Shown here in pieces: positions 59,843 through 64,000 of a DNA stretch of 64,000 nt (the stretch's first letter is position 1; each line of letters starts with the position of its first letter). The translations under genes were made by a program, and so were the position numbers. The DNA comes from Pseudomonadota bacterium (GTDB lineage Bacteria > Pseudomonadota > Gammaproteobacteria > Pseudomonadales > UBA7434), in contig JAYYUJ010000024.1 of NCBI GenBank assembly GCA_036344075.1, positions 99,614 to 163,613 on the forward strand, in the 5' to 3' direction. The notes beneath the pieces were generated by a model, which did not search any database, had not been told where the DNA came from, and saw nothing but the letters and a program-made list of their open reading frames with translations.

Positions 59843-60910
59843 ATGTTGCATGTATTAAAAAAATGGTACGAACGGCATTTATATGATGAGCAAGCGGTTG
59901 TTTTATTGTTGTTACTCTTATTATTAAGCGCCATTATTATCTTTTTTGGTGGCATCTTGGCTCCCGTCATTGCAGCACTGGTGTTGGCTTTTTTACTTCA
60001 AGGTGTGGTGGTTCAACTCGAGCGATTCAATTGTCCTCATCTTTTGGCGGTGAGTTTAAGTTCAGCTTTTTTGGTGTTTTTATTGATTATTGGTTTAATT
60101 ATTGTCCTACCACTGGCGCTGGATCAATTGACCAATTTGGTTCAAGAACTCCCTAATTTTATTGCTGTTTTGCAGGAGAAATTGGTGCTGCTGCCTGAAA
60201 TATATCCAACGTTGATTTCTGGGGCGCAAGTGCAAGAGTGGACAGAGCTACTAAATCGCGAATTAGGCGGGCTTGGTCAGTCAGTTCTTTCCTTTTCAGT
60301 GTCAAAGATCCCGAATTTGTTTAGTTTTATGATCTACCTGGTGTTAGTGCCTATTCTGGTATTTTTCTTTCTCAAGGATCGCATCGTTTTAATGTCTTGG
60401 TTTGCAAATAAACTGCCCGCTGAACGGCCGTTATTGAGTTCTATTTGGCAAGAAATGAACGCTCAGATGGCCAATTATGTGCGTGGCAAGGCGATCGAAA
60501 TATTCATTATCAGTGTTACTTCTTATGCGGTCTTTGCCGGTTTTGGCCTTAATTATGCGGCTTTGCTGGCCATTTTAGTCGGATTATCTGTAGTTGTTCC
60601 TTATATTGGTGCTTTTTTGGTCACGTTACCAGTGTTGTTGGTTGCCTTGCTTCAGTGGGGATGGGGAAGTGAGGTCATGTGGTTAATGACGGCTTACCTC
60701 ATTATTCAAGGTCTCGATGGTAACGCCTTGGTGCCACTTTTATTCTCTGAAGCGGTTAATTTGCATCCGGTCGCTATTTTGTTGGCTATTTTATTCTTTG
60801 GCGGTTTGTGGGGGCTTTGGGGAGTCTTTTTTGCGATTCCATTGGCAACTTTAATAAAGGCTGTGCTCAATGCATGGCCCAGTAATCTGCAAACTCCAGC
60901 CGTTGATTAG
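59843..60910 (+). CDS. perM: AI-2E family transporter (PerM/YfgO-like permease)
   Basis: About 8 TM helices, conserved GLSVVVPYIGAFL and IQGLDGNALVPLLFSEAVNLHP. Confidence 0.8.
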   Translation: MLHVLKKWYERHLYDEQAVVLLLLLLLLSAIIIFFGGILAPVIAALVLAFLLQGVVVQLERFNCPHLLAVSLSSAFLVFLLIIGLIIVLPLALDQLTNLVQELPNFIAVLQEKLVLLPEIYPTLISGAQVQEWTELLNRELGGLGQSVLSFSVSKIPNLFSFMIYLVLVPILVFFFLKDRIVLMSWFANKLPAERPLLSSIWQEMNAQMANYVRGKAIEIFIISVTSYAVFAGFGLNYAALLAILVGLSVVVPYIGAFLVTLPVLLVALLQWGWGSEVMWLMTAYLIIQGLDGNALVPLLFSEAVNLHPVAILLAILFFGGLWGLWGVFFAIPLATLIKAVLNAWPSNLQTPAVD

Positions 60911-61141
60911 GTGTGCTAGGTGATTCAAACCCCCTGAGGAGCGCTAATCCGCATGACTTAATAAAAAGTTTCAGTTGTCTAGAAATCATCTTACTAGCTA
61001 TTCAACTTTCTGCCTATTTCTATAATTACTCCAAGATAATTATTATTCGCTGCCCTGACACCACTCGAAAAGTGTTGAATATTTAATCTAACTAGTTGAT
61101 TTATTGACTAATTCAGTTGATTTTACCGGTTTGGTTGAAAT

Positions 61142-61161
61142 ATTAAGACAATTGTCTTAAT
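61142..61161. promoter_or_regulatory. Perfect 20-bp palindrome upstream of aceE (candidate operator)
   Basis: ATTAAGACAATTGTCTTAAT is exactly self-complementary. It ends 22 bp upstream of the candidate -35. Confidence 0.5.
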
Positions 61162-61183
61162 TGGGCTAGATACTCCTACAGAG

Positions 61184-61212
61184 TTGACCTAAACTATTTG
61201 CATTAACATTAT
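61184..61212 (+). promoter_or_regulatory. Candidate sigma70 promoter of aceE
   Basis: TTGACC-17 nt-CATTAT, about 135 nt upstream of the aceE ATG. Confidence 0.4.
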
Positions 61213-61345
61213 TATGGTCACATACAACTATCTCATTTTCATAATCGATTAATCAAAGCCGTGTCATTGCATTACCTAGGCCATTTGCTCATGAGCCGTT
61301 GAAAAAATCGAATAACTTCAAAGCGACAGTTAAGGACGTACCGAT

Positions 61346-64000
61346 ATGCACGACAACGATAAAGACCCATCAGAAACCCAGGAATGGTTAGATTCTATTG
61401 AGTCCGTTATCCATCACAGTGGGCGTGACAGAGCTGCTTTTTTACTTCAGCAACTGTTGGATCGTGCGGTCGATGCTGATATTACTATGCCACCAGCGAT
61501 CACCACCCCTTATCGAAACACCATCTTACCAGTCAATGAGAAATTAATGCCCGGAGATTTATTTATGGAGCGAAGAATTCGCTCACTCACTCGCTGGAAT
61601 GCATTAGCCATGGTCATGCGTGCTAATGACAACAATGAGGGTTTAGGTGGCCATATTTCTAGCTTTTCTTCAGCGGCGACGCTGTACGATGTTGGCTATA
61701 ACTATTTTTTTCGAGGTGCCGATGATCAGCAAGAGGGTGATCTCATATATTACCAAGGTCACATTTCGCCTGGCATTTATGCTCGCTCTTATTTAGAGGG
61801 CCGCTTAACTGAGGAGCAACTGGATAATTTTCGACGTGAAGTGGACGGCAATGGCTTATCCTCATACCCCCACCCGTGGTTGATGCCTGATTATTGGCAG
61901 TTCCCAACGGTATCGATGGGCTTGGGGCCGATACAGGCTATTTATCAAGCTCATGTTATGAAGTATCTCGATAAACGTGAGTTAGCGCATCGTGAAAATC
62001 GAAAAGTATGGTGCTTCTTAGGTGATGGTGAGTGTGACGAGCCAGAATCGTTAGGTTCTATCGCTATGGCGGGTCGTGAGTCACTTGATAATTTGATTTT
62101 TGTGATTAACTGTAATTTACAACGTTTAGATGGCCCTGTTCGTGGTAACGGTAAAATTGTCCAAGAGTTAGAGGGCGTTTTTCGGGGCGCAGGTTGGAAT
62201 GTCATCAAGGTGCTTTGGGGCCGCCGCTGGGATCCTTTGTTAGAGCGAGATAAAACCGGTTTGTTACAGCAGCGAATGAACGAGGTTCGCGATGGTGAAC
62301 TACAAAATTATAAATTTAATGGTGGCGCTTATACCCGCGCGCATTTCTTTGGTAAGTACCCAGAGTTATTGGAGTTAGTCAAAGATTTATCTGATGACGA
62401 CATTATGAATCTCAATCGTGGCGGTCATGACCCCTACAAAGTTTATGCCGCGTATTCACAAGCGGTTGAACACACCGGACAGCCAACCGTTATTCTTGCG
62501 CAGACCGTTAAGGGCTATGGTACGGGCGAAGCGGGCGAGGCAAATAACGAAACACACTCACTAAAAAAATTAGATACCCAGAGTTTAAAACAGTTTCGAG
62601 ATCGTTTTAATATTCCACTATCAGACAAAGAGCTTGAGACGGTTCCTTATTATCGACCTTCGCCTGACAGTCCAGAAATGACTTATATGCGTGAGCGACG
62701 AGAAAAATTAGGGGGGTATATTCCTCGCCGAAGAGTCAGTTTCGATCAATTAGATACGCCCGCATTGGATACGTTTTCTGCACAATTAAAAGGTTCCGGT
62801 AAGCGTGAAATTTCTAGCACGATGGCTTTTGTACGTATTCTTTCAAGCTTGGTCAAAGATAAAAGTATTGGCAAGCGAGTTGTGCCTATTGTCCCAGACG
62901 AAGCGAGAACTTTCGGTATGGAAGGCATGTTTAGGCAGTTGGGGATTTATTCATCACAAGGCCAGCTTTATACGCCACACGATGCTGGCGGCATTATGTA
63001 TTATAAGGAAGATGAGAAAGGTCAGATTTTAGAAGAGGGGATTAACGAAAGTGGTGCGATGTCGGCGTGGTTGGCGGCGGCAACATCATACAGCACCAAC
63101 AATACACCCTTGGTTCCGTTTTATATTTTTTATTCGATGTTTGGTTTTCAACGTGTGGGTGACTTGGCTTGGGCCGCTGGCGATAGTCAAGCGCGAGGAT
63201 TTTTAATTGGCGCCACATCGGGACGAACTACGTTGAACGGTGAAGGCTTACAGCACCAAGACGGCCACAGCCATCTTATGGCATCGACCATTCCGAATTG
63301 TGTCTCTTACGATCCTACATATGCCTTCGAGATGGCGGTTATTATTCAGGATGGTCTGGATCGTATGTACCATAAGCAAGAAAACAAGTTTTATTACATT
63401 ACCGCGATGAATGAAAATTATAGTCATCCCGAAATGCCCGTGGGTGTTGAGCAGGGCATTATTAGAGGTATTTATCGCCTAATAGAGAATAATTTCAAAA
63501 GTGATAATCGCGTTCAGTTAATGGGCTCAGGGACTATTTTACGCGAGGTTGAGGCGGCGGTAGCGTTGCTTAATGATGACTGGTCGGTAGCTGCTGACGT
63601 ATGGAGTATCACCAGTGCCAATGAATTGCGGCGCGACGGTTTGGCTTGCCAGCGTTGGAATATGTTGCATCCTGAAGAAACACCTAAAGTGCCTTATATT
63701 ACTGAGCAACTTAAAGACACAGAAGGCCCTTTCATTGCCGCAACGGATTACATGAAGTTGTATGCCGATCAATTACGGCCCTATGTGCCGGGTCGATTAA
63801 ATGTTTTAGGTACAGATGGTTTTGGCCGCAGTGATACCCGAGCGAAATTGCGACATTTCTTTGAAGTGAATCGTTATTTTATTGTTATTTCAGCGTTGTC
63901 AGCCTTAGTTGATGAAGGAAAGCTAGATCCTTCGGTCATTAAGCAAGGGTTGAAAAAATACGGAATCTCTCCGGATAAAATTGATCCGACAACGGTATGA
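61346..64000 (+). CDS. aceE: Pyruvate dehydrogenase E1 component (homodimeric type)
   Basis: 884 aa: TQEWLDSIESVI..., GGHISSFSSAATLY, GDGECDEPES, NCNLQRLDGPVRGN. The stop codon TGA is at 63998-64000. Confidence 0.95.
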   Translation: MHDNDKDPSETQEWLDSIESVIHHSGRDRAAFLLQQLLDRAVDADITMPPAITTPYRNTILPVNEKLMPGDLFMERRIRSLTRWNALAMVMRANDNNEGLGGHISSFSSAATLYDVGYNYFFRGADDQQEGDLIYYQGHISPGIYARSYLEGRLTEEQLDNFRREVDGNGLSSYPHPWLMPDYWQFPTVSMGLGPIQAIYQAHVMKYLDKRELAHRENRKVWCFLGDGECDEPESLGSIAMAGRESLDNLIFVINCNLQRLDGPVRGNGKIVQELEGVFRGAGWNVIKVLWGRRWDPLLERDKTGLLQQRMNEVRDGELQNYKFNGGAYTRAHFFGKYPELLELVKDLSDDDIMNLNRGGHDPYKVYAAYSQAVEHTGQPTVILAQTVKGYGTGEAGEANNETHSLKKLDTQSLKQFRDRFNIPLSDKELETVPYYRPSPDSPEMTYMRERREKLGGYIPRRRVSFDQLDTPALDTFSAQLKGSGKREISSTMAFVRILSSLVKDKSIGKRVVPIVPDEARTFGMEGMFRQLGIYSSQGQLYTPHDAGGIMYYKEDEKGQILEEGINESGAMSAWLAAATSYSTNNTPLVPFYIFYSMFGFQRVGDLAWAAGDSQARGFLIGATSGRTTLNGEGLQHQDGHSHLMASTIPNCVSYDPTYAFEMAVIIQDGLDRMYHKQENKFYYITAMNENYSHPEMPVGVEQGIIRGIYRLIENNFKSDNRVQLMGSGTILREVEAAVALLNDDWSVAADVWSITSANELRRDGLACQRWNMLHPEETPKVPYITEQLKDTEGPFIAATDYMKLYADQLRPYVPGRLNVLGTDGFGRSDTRAKLRHFFEVNRYFIVISALSALVDEGKLDPSVIKQGLKKYGISPDKIDPTTV

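Noticed and set aside
1-64000. Window-wide look for CRISPR arrays, IS/transposase genes, integrases, prophage genes, toxin-antitoxin pairs and known defence-system signatures
   Set aside because: No repeat-spacer periodicity, no transposase or integrase motifs and no nuclease/ATPase defence-like gene pairs were recognised. Every ORF over 100 codons could be assigned to a housekeeping or metabolic family, or to the items reported above.

Overview
This is a 64-kb chromosomal window from a moderately AT-rich gammaproteobacterium. Gene order follows Pseudomonas/Oceanospirillales-type chromosomes: ispE-lolB-TPR divergent from hemA-prfA-prmC; rhlB; bfr-bfd-rnt-pyrC / motY-argG; an Fe3+ ABC transporter; prfC; proS-selO; aspS-ruvCAB-ybgC-tolQRAB-pal-cpoB-tRNA-Lys; nadA; bepA/perM; aceE. 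Most of it is housekeeping. I saw no CRISPR array, IS element, integrase, phage genes or recognisable defence system. The least ordinary part is the ~12.7 kb between tRNA-Lys (44081-44156) and nadA (56863), two genes that are direct neighbours in E. coli. This interval holds three units. (a) An orphan plus-strand operon: a biotin-domain-less PYC/OadA-type carboxyltransferase homologue, a partner-less cytoplasmic Mo-bisPGD oxidoreductase, and a SnoaL-like protein. (b) gap plus a HexR-like regulator with two clear HexR-type palindromes. (c) A minus-strand CoA-ligase / crotonase / SDR / TLP1-type thiolase operon with no acyl-CoA dehydrogenase. The (a) trio is my best candidate for an undescribed metabolic system, but its function cannot be derived from sequence alone. 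A second theme is gene decay. There is a 45-codon queC C-terminal remnant after cpoB and a 31-codon RegA/ActR-type HTH remnant inside the argG terminator region. The yebC slot between aspS and ruvC is empty. A two-component-like pair has catalytic or phospho-acceptor residues that are mostly substituted. All homology statements come from by-eye motif and alignment recognition; no database search was run.
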